This document shows positions 10,996 through 21,268 of a DNA stretch of 48,512 bases, one piece after another. The notes under the pieces are model-generated. The model had not been told where the DNA came from and made no database searches. It saw only the letters and a program-made list of their open reading frames with translations. Numbering within the stretch: position 1 is the stretch's first letter; each line of letters opens with the position of its first letter. Location: NCBI GenBank assembly GCA_048772705.1, contig JBLWGC010000072.1:1-48512 (forward strand). Reading direction: 5' to 3'. The stretch comes from Leidyana gryllorum EB-2025a (taxonomy: Eukaryota; Protista; Apicomplexa). Both the position numbers and the translations under genes were made by a program.

Positions 10996-11400
10996 ATCCA
11001 GTTGAGTGTGCTTGTAGGCAACAGTTCCATTCTTACTTCCAGGGAAACAGATCCACACCGCCCGGGAGGCTCGAACCCGCGACTGCAAGATTAAGAGTCT
11101 TTCTTCCGCTCTACCGACTGAGCCAGGCGGCAGGAACGCAAAGACACAAAACCCGATAGCCTGACATCTAAAGTGGCTTTGGTACCCACCAGCCTCACTT
11201 GAAGATTGTCCGGGTCGTCTAGTGCTTACAACAGCAAGTTGTGGCCCTGCATACCCAGGCCCGAATCCTGGCTTGGATAGTATGTCCCCGATGGCTCGAA
11301 TGGGAGATGTGGGTGAAGTCTGCCCAGACCCACCATCGGGCGTAGCTGCCCATGTCCTGTCTCGATCGCTACACACTTCCATTTGACGGCTCCGCTTGTC

Positions 11401-11473
11401 GGCGCTATGGCCTAATGGATATGGCATCGGTCTACGGAACCGGGGATTCTGGGTTCGAGTCCCAGTAGCGTCT
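11401..11473 (+). tRNA. tRNA-Arg(ACG)
   Basis: Intact cloverleaf. Confidence 0.88.
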
Positions 11474-11511
11474 GGGCGAATTGCAGCCTGTTGCGTCAAC
11501 AACTATCAGAC

Positions 11512-11583
11512 GGGCTGTTCTGGGAATCGAAGCCACGACTCCTTCCACCCAAAGGAAGAATCATACCACTGGACCAATCAGCC
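11512..11583 (-). tRNA. tRNA-Pro(TGG), mutated
   Basis: Pro body with TGG anticodon and stem mismatches. Confidence 0.6.
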
Positions 11584-11671
11584 GCCTGTCGGTGGTGCAG
11601 ACCGCTGAGTACAGTTGAGAGAGTGGTCATACTATGTTGAGAACCAACACAGGCGATTGGGTCTGCACAAC

Positions 11672-11744
11672 GGGCGACTAGCTCAAATGGTAGAGCGCTC
11701 GCTTAGCATGCGAGAGGTACTGGGATCGATGCCCAGGTCGTCCA
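11672..11744 (+). tRNA. tRNA-Ala(AGC)
   Basis: Intact cloverleaf. Confidence 0.9.
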
Positions 11745-12161
11745 AACGTCGTACGGCTGCACCTGCCGCTATTTACTTACCGAGTTGAGAGCTTTTAGTC
11801 ATGCCCTGTAGCCCTTGGACAGACCTGGGCACCGCAGTATGTGTGAAGGTTGCCTCAAAGCCCGGATTCCCGAGTTTGTATTTCACCATCACACACTCTG
11901 CCGACTAAGATACAAGAGCCAGTTACAATATTCAAAGGCCAGTAGAGAGACGCGTGTCGCATGTGTCCAGTTGAGGGAGCGCTAGTCCGGATGGCTCTAC
12001 CAACTCCTTTTAGGAAGGACGGAATCGGTTACGTGGTGTAGTGGTTAGCACTGGAGACTCCAAATCTCCCGACTTAGGATCGATTCCCGGCGCGACCTCA
12101 GAACTACTCCTCACTCTTTCGTGAAACCTCGCCACTTCTCTTGGTCTGCGGGACCTTCACT

Positions 12162-12234
12162 GCAGCCATGGTCTAGTGGTCACGACGTCTGCTTAACACG
12201 CAGAAGGTCCCGAGTTCGATCCTCGGTGGCTGTA
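12162..12234 (+). tRNA. tRNA-Val(AAC)
   Basis: Cloverleaf. Confidence 0.87.
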
Positions 12235-12552
12235 ACTCGCATTTTTGCAGGTGAGCACCACGAAATCTAAAGCGGAAAAACTAAGTGTCTCCGAGACCGG
12301 GATTCGTACGCGGGTCTTCCGAGTGACAGGCGGAAATACTAAGCACTATACTATCTCGGACGCTCGTGGAGACCCCGGCCTTCAACCCCAAAAGTCTTTC
12401 TATTTTGGCTCACGGACAAAAAACCGGTGGAGCGATGAACCAACAACACTGTGGCAAGATGGCCGAGTTGTCTAAGGCGCTGTGCTCAGACCGCAGTCCG
12501 AAAGGGCGAGGATCTGGGGTTGAGCCGTTCGAACCCCGGAGCAGTTGGACGG

Positions 12553-12632
12553 CCGGGGGTAGCTCAGTTGGTAGAGCATCTGACTGTAGTGCTGGCATCA
12601 GATAGTCGGCGGTTCGATTCCGTCCCACCGGA
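12553..12632 (+). tRNA. tRNA-Tyr(GTA) with 7-nt intron
   Basis: C1:G72, TCTGA-CT-GTA-G[TGCTGGC]A-TCAGA. Confidence 0.78.
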
Positions 12633-12899
12633 AGTAGCGTGGTGATTGGCAAAGTACTACTCAACCTGATGGTTTTGGCAGACAGCGTTGATAGGCCAAC
12701 TAGACTACTCCGGCGAGGGTTCCATCTATGTAGTTCGGATGCGCTGAGAATCGATCCCAGAACCTTTCATATACTAAGCACCGTTTCATCATCATCTGGG
12801 CTAGCCTCCCTCTGTGCCTACCTCATGGCATTGAGTAAGACTTCACATAGTGAGACGAGTCTCTCGACTGTACCCAGCGGGTTGAACCACCAGCTAGGC

Positions 12900-12971
12900 G
12901 GCTGTTTGGTCTAGTGATATGATTCTTCCTTCGGGTGGAAGAAGTCCTGGGTTCGATTCCCAGAACAGCCC
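12900..12971 (+). tRNA. tRNA-Pro(CGG)
   Basis: Cloverleaf, D-loop substitution. Confidence 0.78.
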
Positions 12972-13084
12972 GTCTGATAGTCGTTGACGCAACACGGCAC
13001 TCGACTCATCCCGGACAATGTCCCTGACAGCTAAGACAGGATCTGAGTTGTTGACTCAACAGGCTGCAACCCGGCCATTCGCCC

Positions 13085-13157
13085 AGACGCTACTGGGACT
13101 CGAACCCAGAATCCCCGGTTCCGTAGACCGATGCCATATCCATTAGGCCATAGCGCC
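13085..13157 (-). tRNA. tRNA-Arg(ACG)
   Basis: Intact cloverleaf. Confidence 0.88.
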
Positions 13158-13411
13158 GACTAACCGAGCCGTCAAATGAAAGTGTGTAGCGATCAAGAGA
13201 GGAGGGCAGCTACGCCCGATCGTGGGCTCGGACAAACTTCACCTACATCTCCCACGAGACATCGGGGACATACTATCGAAGCCAGGATTTGGGCCTGGGT
13301 ATGCACGGCCACAACTTGCTGTTGTAAGCACTAGACGACCCGGAGTGAGGCTGGTGGGTACCAAAGCCACTTTAGATGTCAAGCTATCGAGTTTTGTGTC
13401 CTTGGTTTCCT

Positions 13412-13484
13412 GCCGCCCAAGCTCAGTCGGTAGAGCGCAAGACTCTTAATCTCGCAGTCGCGGGTTCGAGCCCCGCGGGCGGTG
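13412..13484 (+). tRNA. tRNA-Lys(CTT), variant
   Basis: Two substitutions. Confidence 0.72.
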
Positions 13485-13544
13485 TGGATCTATTTCCCTG
13501 GAAGTAAGAATGGAACTGTTGCCTACAAGCACACTCAGCTGGAT

Positions 13545-13617
13545 TTCCACTGCCGGGACTTGAACCCGGATGGTGCGGGTGAGAGCCGCATATCCTAGCC
13601 ACTTAGACTACAGTGGA
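13545..13617 (-). tRNA. tRNA-Glu(CTC)
   Basis: Cloverleaf. Confidence 0.82.
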
Positions 13618-13881
13618 CAAGTGCCCGAGTTGAGGCTTTGGGGAGAGTCGTACCATCTTGAGATGACGTGTTTTGCCGAGTCAGCCAACAAAAAGCGGGC
13701 TGTTCTGGGAACCGAACTCAGGACTCCTTCCACCCGAAGGAAGAATCATACCACTAGACCAAACAGCCGGTGCATCAGACAGTACAATTGACTTGGTAAA
13801 GCGTCCAGCGTGGAGCGAGATCGAGTCGGGCAGAAACCTCATTTCAATCATTGAAGCAGTTGCGCTCTCCCCGAATGCTAC

Positions 13882-13963
13882 CGACAAGTGTGAGATTCGA
13901 ACTCACGCGGTTGAAACCCAACGGCTTAGCAGGCCGCCGCCTTAACCGCTCGGCCACCTTGCC
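13882..13963 (-). tRNA. tRNA-Ser(GCT), variant
   Basis: Class II cloverleaf with substitutions. Confidence 0.7.
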
Positions 13964-14494
13964 GAGAGTGTAACTGGTTACACCTTCCCTCGGGAAGGAA
14001 ACGAATCGGCGACCTTTCGCTTACTAAGCGAATGCTCCCCTAAGCTAAGAAGGCAATGCAGGCCGAAGATCACGAATCAGTCACTGTTGACGGGGACTAC
14101 TGGAGCACTTCGCTCGAGCAGCTTCCACTGCCGGGACTTGAACCCGGATCATGCGGATGAGAGCCGCATATCCTAGCCACTCAGACTACAGTGGACAAAT
14201 TCCACAGTGGAGGTCAACAAGATGTGGTCCGTCGGGTCAACCTACAAAGGGGTTGCAGTAGAAAGTGGAGGGTCCCTCTACTAAGCTCTGCAACATTGTA
14301 AGGCGTCTTGTGAGCTCAGTCGGCAGAGCGTGTGGCTTTTGATGACAAGCTCGCAGGTCCGGAACCTAGCACAACCGGCTTCAGAGGCACCCTAGACATT
14401 GACTGCGGTGCTCTCCCAATGGCACTTGTGGTTCGCGACCCTTCAAAGATGACAACCATGGGTTTGAATCCGGCCACGTGCAGCCGACGTACTT

Positions 14495-14567
14495 TGGACG
14501 ACCTGGCTATCGATCCCAGTACCTCTCGCATGCTAAGCGAGCGCTCTACCATTTGAGCTAGTCGCCC
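14495..14567 (-). tRNA. tRNA-Ala(AGC)
   Basis: Cloverleaf, T-stem change. Confidence 0.75.
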
Positions 14568-14886
14568 GTTGTGCGGACCCCATCGCATTTGTTGGTTCTC
14601 AACATAGGATGACCACTTTTTAAACTGTCTTCAGCGGGTTGCACGAATGACAGGCGGCTGTTTGGTCTAGTGGTATGACTCTTCCGTCGGGTGGAAGAAG
14701 TCCTGGGTTCCATTCCCAAAACAGCCCGCTTTGTTGTATCTTGACCCAACCTGCCTGGCAGCATGGTTCTGGGTTCGGGTGATTCCTCGGAGAAAGTCGG
14801 AGGGGGAGGGTAGCGCGTAGGTCTCATAATCCTGAAGTCGAGAGTTCAATCCTCTCCACTCCCACGGTCGGAATCGAAACCGCCGA

Positions 14887-15189
14887 CAAACTCATCATGC
14901 TACCATTTTGCAGTCGGGAATCGCACACAGGTTATCTCGATGGCAGCGAGCGACTCGTCCACTAGACCACAGATGCAGAACACGATCTTGTAAATCTTGT
15001 ACGTGGTGACAGCCATTCCTCTTAAGCCTATCGATGCAAACTCATCATGCTACCATTTTGCAGTCGGGAATCGCACACAGGTTATCTCGATGGCAGCGAG
15101 CGACTCTTCCACTAGACCACAGATGCAGAACACGATCTTGTAAATCTTGTACGTGGTGACAGCCATTCCTCTTAAGCCTATCGATGCAA
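14887..15189. repeat. 150-bp tandem duplication
   Basis: CTCATCATGC... at 14891 and 15041. Confidence 0.9.
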
Positions 15190-15192
15190 CAA

Positions 15193-15264
15193 AGCGTTCT
15201 GCCGGAATCGAACCGGCGACTTCTCGCTTACGAAGCGAACGCTCTGCCCCTAAGCTAAGAAGGC
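15193..15264 (-). tRNA. tRNA-Thr(CGT), variant
   Basis: One acceptor mismatch. Confidence 0.75.
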
Positions 15265-15340
15265 AATGTAAGTTGGAGATAACGAAACGATGGCTACTGA
15301 CGGAGATTAGTGGAGCACTTTGCTCGAGTACTTCAATGAC

Positions 15341-15413
15341 TTCCACTGCCGGGACTTGAACCCGGATCGTGCGGGTGAGAGCCGCATATCCTAGCCACTT
15401 AGACTATAGTGGA
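15341..15413 (-). tRNA. tRNA-Glu(CTC)
   Basis: Cloverleaf, one acceptor mismatch. Confidence 0.8.
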
Positions 15414-15645
15414 CAAGTAGTCGAGTTTAGGCTTCGGCCGAGAGCCGAACCGACTCGGAAAGATTCCACCATCAATACGACTGGAATTTGTTACCAAGTC
15501 CGAGCTTTCTTGCCGCCCAAACTCCGTCGGTAGAGCGCAAGACTTTTGAAGGGAGAACCGCGGGTTCGGGCAGCGCCAGCAGTCCTAGTAAAGCTTGCTG
15601 AACCGTATGTGAAGTCACTGGCCGCAAAATGCCAAGTTCGACAGC

Positions 15646-15727
15646 GGCAACTTGCCCGAGTGGTTAAGGGGGTAGACTAGAAATCTACTGGGCCGGGCCC
15701 GCGCTGGTTCAAATCCAGCAGTTGTCG
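15646..15727 (+). tRNA. tRNA-Ser(AGA)
   Basis: Intact class II cloverleaf. Confidence 0.88.
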
Positions 15728-15802
15728 TGCGATGTGGTTGGAGGGTTAAACTCCAACTCACGCATGAATTTCTGAATGGTGGAAAAACAACCATGTGTCC
15801 TC

Positions 15803-15873
15803 TGCATCTGCCGGGAATCGAACCCGGGTCGTCTCGATGGCAACGAGACATTCTACCACTAGACCACAGATGC
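15803..15873 (-). tRNA. tRNA-Gly(GCC)
   Basis: Intact cloverleaf. Confidence 0.9.
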
Positions 15874-16710
15874 GTGACACCTTGTTGTTGAAGCTCGTAC
15901 ACGGTAACGGCCGTTTTCTGAACGAATGGAATGTCCGTGGCGTGTTCAGAGCGTCCGAGATAGCATAGTGGTTACTATTTTCGCATGTTAGCGACGTTCA
16001 GCGAGAACCAAAGGAGAGAATCTTCAGCGAAGCCATCTGTGCTCCGAGACCGGCAATCGAACCAGGGTATGCCGCGTGACAGGCGGAAATACTGACCACT
16101 ATACTATCTCGGACGCTAGTAAACTCGCCGGCCTCCAACCCCAGAAGTCCTCGCATTTTGAGATTTCACCGACAGGAAATGGGTGGAACGGCGAGCCAAG
16201 AACACTCCGGCAAGATGGCCGAGTGCTGTGTGCAAGCCGCCGTCCGAAATGCGGGCAGAGGATCGCAACCATGTTTAGGCTAATGACTGAAGCCTCCTGC
16301 CGGAATCGAACAGCGACCTTTCGCTTACAAAGCGAATGCTCTGCCCCTAAACTAAGGAGGCATTCCCTGTCTCGACCCATATGAGTTTTTGATGCAGGGA
16401 ATTGCATCATTTCCACCACATTGCACGACAAATTCTGGATTTGAACCAGCGCGGGCCAGGCCCAGTAGATTTCTAGTCTACCCCCTTAACCACTCGGGCA
16501 AGTTGCCACCTGTTCAACTCGGCATTTTGCGGCCAGTGGCTCCACATACGGTTCAGCAAGTTTGCTCCACCATTGAAAGTCTTGCGCTCTAGCGACGGAG
16601 CTGGCGCGGCAGGGAAGCTCGGACTTGGTAACAAGTTCCTTTCGTATTAGTCGCAGAATGTTGTGGCTTCCTCGCGTCCGGGGCGACTCTTTAGCAGAGA
16701 TCCCCTCACT

Positions 16711-16784
16711 TGGTCACGCCCGGGCTCGAACCGGGGACCTTGAGCTTATTAGGCTCACGCTCTAACCGACTGAGCTACGCGACC
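16711..16784 (-). tRNA. tRNA-Ile(AAT)
   Basis: Intact cloverleaf. Confidence 0.9.
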
Positions 16785-16993
16785 ACTTCTGCAACGACAG
16801 ATGGCACCGACCCGGATGCTGGATCCCCCAGAGCTGGAATCAAACATCAGAGCCATTTAGACACTGGCGGACAGCACCCAATTTTCTAAGCAGGAGTCAG
16901 ACGCGCTACGTTCCGCCATAGGCCCAAAATCATCTCCCGCTCCAGACTCATTGCCTTGTGGTCCAACATCTCCGATCGATCCAAACCATCTTC

Positions 16994-17065
16994 AGGGCAC
17001 GCGCGGAGTTGAACCACGGACTTGCTGATCTGCAGTCAGCTGCTCTACCACTGAGCTACGTACCC
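16994..17065 (-). tRNA. tRNA-Cys(GCA)
   Basis: Cloverleaf, U73. Confidence 0.87.
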
Positions 17066-17376
17066 ACAAACTACCCGTCATACTCGCTCAACTCGATTCT
17101 GTCTTCTCTTCTGAAGCAAAACGGCCGGTATTGTGCACGAGCTTAAACAACAACGAGTTGTGCATCTGTGGTCTTGTGGTAGAATGTGTCGTTGCCACCG
17201 AGACGACCCAGGTTCGATTCCCGACAGACGCAGGAGGCACGCCTCAAACCGCCGTGGCACATTAGCAGAGACGCTGACAAGCTTGGTCGGCACGAGGCCG
17301 GGGCATTCTGACACTTGATGTAACAACCCCCTGAGATAGAATCGAATGTGAGTTACGCGGTGGAACGGCGGTGATC

Positions 17377-17450
17377 GCTCCCCTAGCTCAGCTGGTTAGA
17401 GCATCGGCCTTATGTGCCGAAGGTCGAGGGTTCGATCCCCCCGGGGAGCA
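17377..17450 (+). tRNA. tRNA-Ile(TAT), intronless
   Basis: TCGGC-CT-TAT-GT-GCCGA arm; only copy seen. Confidence 0.85.
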
Positions 17451-18681
17451 AATCAACCCAATGACAGCCGAACGCGACCGCCGAGTACTCCAGCATTTGA
17501 CACCTATGAGTGCCCTAGCCGGGCAGGCCGACCAGGAGGCTGTTTGGTCTGAAGGTATGATTTTTCCTCGCTTAAAAGAACATTGCAACTGGGTCTTGTA
17601 GCTCAGTCGGCAGAGTCTACCCCCTAACCACTCGGGCAAGTTGCCACCTGTCCAACTGGGCATCTTGCGCCCAGTGCCGTCACATACGGTTGGTTCAGCA
17701 AGCTCGACTCGGACCTCTCGCGCTGCCCGAACCTCCGTTCTCCCATCAAAAGTCTTGCGCTCTATCGACGGACTTGGGGCGGCGACGAAGCTCGGACTTA
17801 GTAACAAATTCCATTCGTATTGATCGTTAAATCTTGGGCCTTCCTCGGCTACAGGGCGAAGCTGTATCAGAGATGCACTCACTTGGTCACGCACGGGCTC
17901 CAACCGCGGACTCAGAAGTCATTAGGCTCACGCTCTGGCCGCCTGAAATACGCGACCGCTTCAGAGTTTAGGTGAACAGTCACTAGCCAAAGGAGCCGAC
18001 TGATGTGTTCAGCAAAAACCCCATGACTGGGATTGAAGCGGCCGCTCAGACCTTCCTCCACGGAGAAGGGGCACTACCAATTCGCACGGGATTCCCGATG
18101 GAAGGCGTAGCCCGTTCCACTCTCGGCAAGGTGGCCGAGTGGTTAACGCGGCGGCCTGCTATGCCGTTGAGTTTCACCCGCGTGAGTTCGAATCTCACCC
18201 CTGTCGGTAGCATTCGGGAAAAAGCGCGACTGCTTTGTCCGACCCAAATCCAAGGCTCTACGCTGGGCGCTATGTACAGGAGCCACTTGAAATATTTCAG
18301 AGATCAGTAGAGACCCTGTTGCGGGAGACCTCGGACCCTGCAGTCATAAGCCCAACACTCTCGCACTGAGTTCCACTACTCCAGCGTCGAATATCATGCA
18401 GGAAGCGGAAATGTGGTTCTTGAGATGCGGATCGATTTGACACCTATGAGTGCCGTAGCTGAGCAGGCCGACCAGGGGGCTGTTCGGTCTGAAGGTATGA
18501 TTTCTCCTCGCTCAAAAGAACATTGCAACTGGGTCTTGTAGCTCAGTCGGCAAAGCGTGTAGCTGTTCACCACAAAGTCGCAGTTTCGAAGCCTGGCAGT
18601 ACCGGGAGCTGCGATGTCCAACTCTCTCTTAGAGGTCGAAACTCTGTATCTAACCACCGGCAGGTGCCGGCCTACTGAGTT

Positions 18682-18754
18682 TGGACAACCTGGGTATCGA
18701 TCCCAGTACCTCTCGCATGCAAAGCGAGCGCTCTACCATCTGAGCTAGTCGCCC
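18682..18754 (-). tRNA. tRNA-Ala(TGC)
   Basis: Ala body, TT-TGC-AT loop. Confidence 0.82.
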
Positions 18755-19028
18755 GTTGCGCAGACCCCATCGCATGTGTTGGTTCTCAACATAGTATAAC
18801 CACCCTCTCAACTGTACTCAGCGGTTTGCACGACCGACAGGCGGCTGTTTGATCTAGTGGTATGATTCTTCTTTCGGGTGGAAGAAGTCCTGTGTTCGAT
18901 TCCCACAAGAGCCCGCCTGATAGTTGTTGACTGAATGCCACGTCTCTCCAAGGTCGTATGATCCCGGATGAAGTCCAGACCAGCTGAGACAAAATCGGAG
19001 TTGCAGCAGTTGTGAGGGGCTGGAACTG

Positions 19029-19100
19029 CTCCGAGACCGGGAATCGAACCCGGGTGTTCCGCGTGACAGGCGGAAATACTAACCACTATACTATCTCGGA
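19029..19100 (-). tRNA. tRNA-Asp(GTC)
   Basis: Cloverleaf. Confidence 0.82.
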
Positions 19101-19590
19101 CGCTCTGAACACGCCGCCCTCCAACCCCAAAAGTCCTTCCATTTTGAGATGTCAAGCACAGAAAACGCGTGGAGCGGGCGAGCCAAAAACATGCCGGCAA
19201 GATGGCCGAGTTGCCCAAGACGCGGTGCTCAGACTGGAGTCCGAAAGGGCGAGGATCTGGGGTTAAGCCTTTCGAACCCCGGAGCAGTTGGACAGCCGGG
19301 GAAAGCTCAGTTGACTGTAGTGCTGGCATCAGATAGTCGGCGAATCGGTTCCGTCACACCGAATGGTTTTGGCAGACAGCGATGATAGGCCAACTAGACT
19401 ACTCCGGCGAGGGTTCCATCTATGTAGTTCGGACGACCTGGGCATTGATCCCAGTACCTCTTGCACGCTAAGCGAGCGCTTCACCATTTGAGCTAGTCCC
19501 CCGCTGTGCAGACCCCATCGCATTTAGTGGTACTTCACATAGTATGACCACTCTCTCGAGTGTACCCAGCGGGTTGCACGACCGACAGGC

Positions 19591-19662
19591 GGCTGTTTGG
19601 TCTAGTGGTATGATTCTTCCTTCGGGTGGAAGAAGTCCTGGGTTCGATTCCCAGAACAGCCC
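19591..19662 (+). tRNA. tRNA-Pro(CGG)
   Basis: Intact cloverleaf. Confidence 0.88.
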
Positions 19663-19747
19663 CGTTGGTTGTCGGTTGACCCGACGCTCCACCTCAGATC
19701 AAGAGGGTAGGGCTCTCGGCTAAAGCTGCAGCTGAGGGAGTTAGTTG

Positions 19748-19820
19748 TCCACTGTAGTCTAAGTGGCTAGGATATGCGGCTTTCACCCGCACGATCCGGG
19801 TTCAAGTCCCGGCAGTGGAA
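19748..19820 (+). tRNA. tRNA-Glu(TTC)
   Basis: Intact cloverleaf. Confidence 0.88.
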
Positions 19821-19896
19821 GTCATTGGACCATTCGAGCAAAGTGCTCCAGTAACCTTCGTCAATAGTGACTGACTCGTGATCTTTGGCTTGCATT

Positions 19897-19968
19897 GCCC
19901 TCTTAGCTTAGGGGCAGAGCATTCGCTTAGTAAGCGAAAGGTCGCCGGTTCGATTCCGGCAGAAGGCT
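19897..19968 (+). tRNA. tRNA-Thr(AGT)
   Basis: One acceptor mismatch. Confidence 0.8.
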
Positions 19969-20213
19969 TTGGTCACGAGCCGATCTATTCTAGACTGTTT
20001 CCCTTTTGCGCACACTTACCAGTGAGTCGTTTCGATCGACTGACCTTTGGGTTATGAGCCCAACACTCTTCCGCTGAGCTGCACTGCTTAGTCTGCAACA
20101 TGGAAGAGGTAGCCGAAATGCAGTTCTTGAGATGTTAATTGCCTCGAGTGTCGACGCGGTGGCTGTGTTACTTCTAAAACTGCTTATCCCATCGGGTCAA
20201 CCGACAACCCAGA

Positions 20214-20285
20214 GGGCTGTTCTGGGAATCGAACCCAGGACTCCTTCCACCCTAAGGAAGGATCATACCACTAGACCAAACAGCC
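20214..20285 (-). tRNA. tRNA-Pro(AGG)
   Basis: Intact cloverleaf. Confidence 0.88.
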
Positions 20286-20630
20286 GCCTGTCGGTCGTGC
20301 AACCCGCTGGGTACACTCGAGAGAGTGGTCATACTATGTGAAGTACCACTAAATGCGATGGGGTCTGCACAGCGGGGGACTAGCTCAAATGTTGAAGCGC
20401 TCGCTTAGCGTGCAAGAGGTACTGGGATCAATGCCCAGGTCGTCCAAAGTTTGTCGTGCTGCAACTGGCGCTATTTGACTACAGAGTTGAGAGCTTTGAG
20501 GGTGCCCTGTAGCCCTTAGATGGACTTGGGCACCGCAGTATGTGTGAAGGTTGCCTCAGAGACCGGATCTGCGAGTTTGTATTTTACAACCACACGCTCT
20601 GCCGACTAAAGTACAAGAGCCAGTTCCAAT

Positions 20631-21231
20631 TGTTGTAACCCCAAGTCGCTACTCGAGGGGAACGAGGCCCAGTTCTCATCCCTGCATACTTTCGACCACA
20701 AGTCAGACTTAGAACCAAGTTAGTATTTTTGCCGACAAGTCTACCACGAATATGTCGCACACGACGGCGCAAAACAAGAACTACGACTTGTTGTACCAAG
20801 TGCAAAAGTTATCTTAGGCCGCCTCTTGCCTCGTCCAACTCTGACTTAGCCAACTTGCTTGCGTGTGTCTCTCGCTCTGGTGTCTCTCTCACTCCACCCA
20901 TGTGCCAGTCGCTCGCACTCTTGCGGAGCCTCGCGCTGGACACACACGGTAGTTCTCCCCGACACCACACTCTGATCATTCATGTGAGTGTCTGCACAGT
21001 TACACTGTTGCAGAGAGCTCAGACCACTAGGGTGCATTTGCCTTTACGCTTTAGTAGTGGTTGCTTTACGTTCGTTAATAATGCCTTTTCACCATCTTAT
21101 ACATGCCCCTATATAAGTGCCAAATATGTAGGGAAGTATCCAGATGGATGTTAATTCGATTGGAAATTTCACCAAGTCGAATCTGGCCACCCGATAGGAA
21201 GTTGACCATCAGGCAAACACGAACTACAACA
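20631..21231 (-). repeat. 3' LTR of the retrotransposon
   Basis: Near-identical to 27327..27928 (about 8 differences seen by eye); 7-bp terminal inverted repeat TGTTGTA/TACAACA. Confidence 0.95.
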
Positions 21232-21246
21232 CACGCCCCCTCCTCG
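21232..21246 (-). other. Polypurine tract (PPT)
   Basis: Minus strand reads CGAGGAGGGGGCGTG immediately before the 3' LTR. Confidence 0.8.
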
Positions 21247-21268
21247 GGAAAGGCATCGTCCCTGATGA

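Larger units (their letters stand above)
1..20630. repeat. Scrambled tRNA gene/pseudogene array, left part
   Basis: A tRNA gene or remnant every ~150-300 bp on both strands; the same gene+spacer blocks recur in different order and orientation. Confidence 0.95.

Noticed and set aside
1-20630. tRNA-derived SINE family
   Set aside because: No common 3' tail, poly(A) or per-unit TSDs; all isotypes are involved and amplification is by multi-gene DNA blocks
20602-20640. Ty3-like precise integration at Pol III start sites (left junction is ~10 bp upstream of a decayed Asn gene)
   Set aside because: The other two sites differ (47 bp upstream of a Pro pseudogene; inside a Tyr pseudogene), and at this tRNA density proximity is expected by chance
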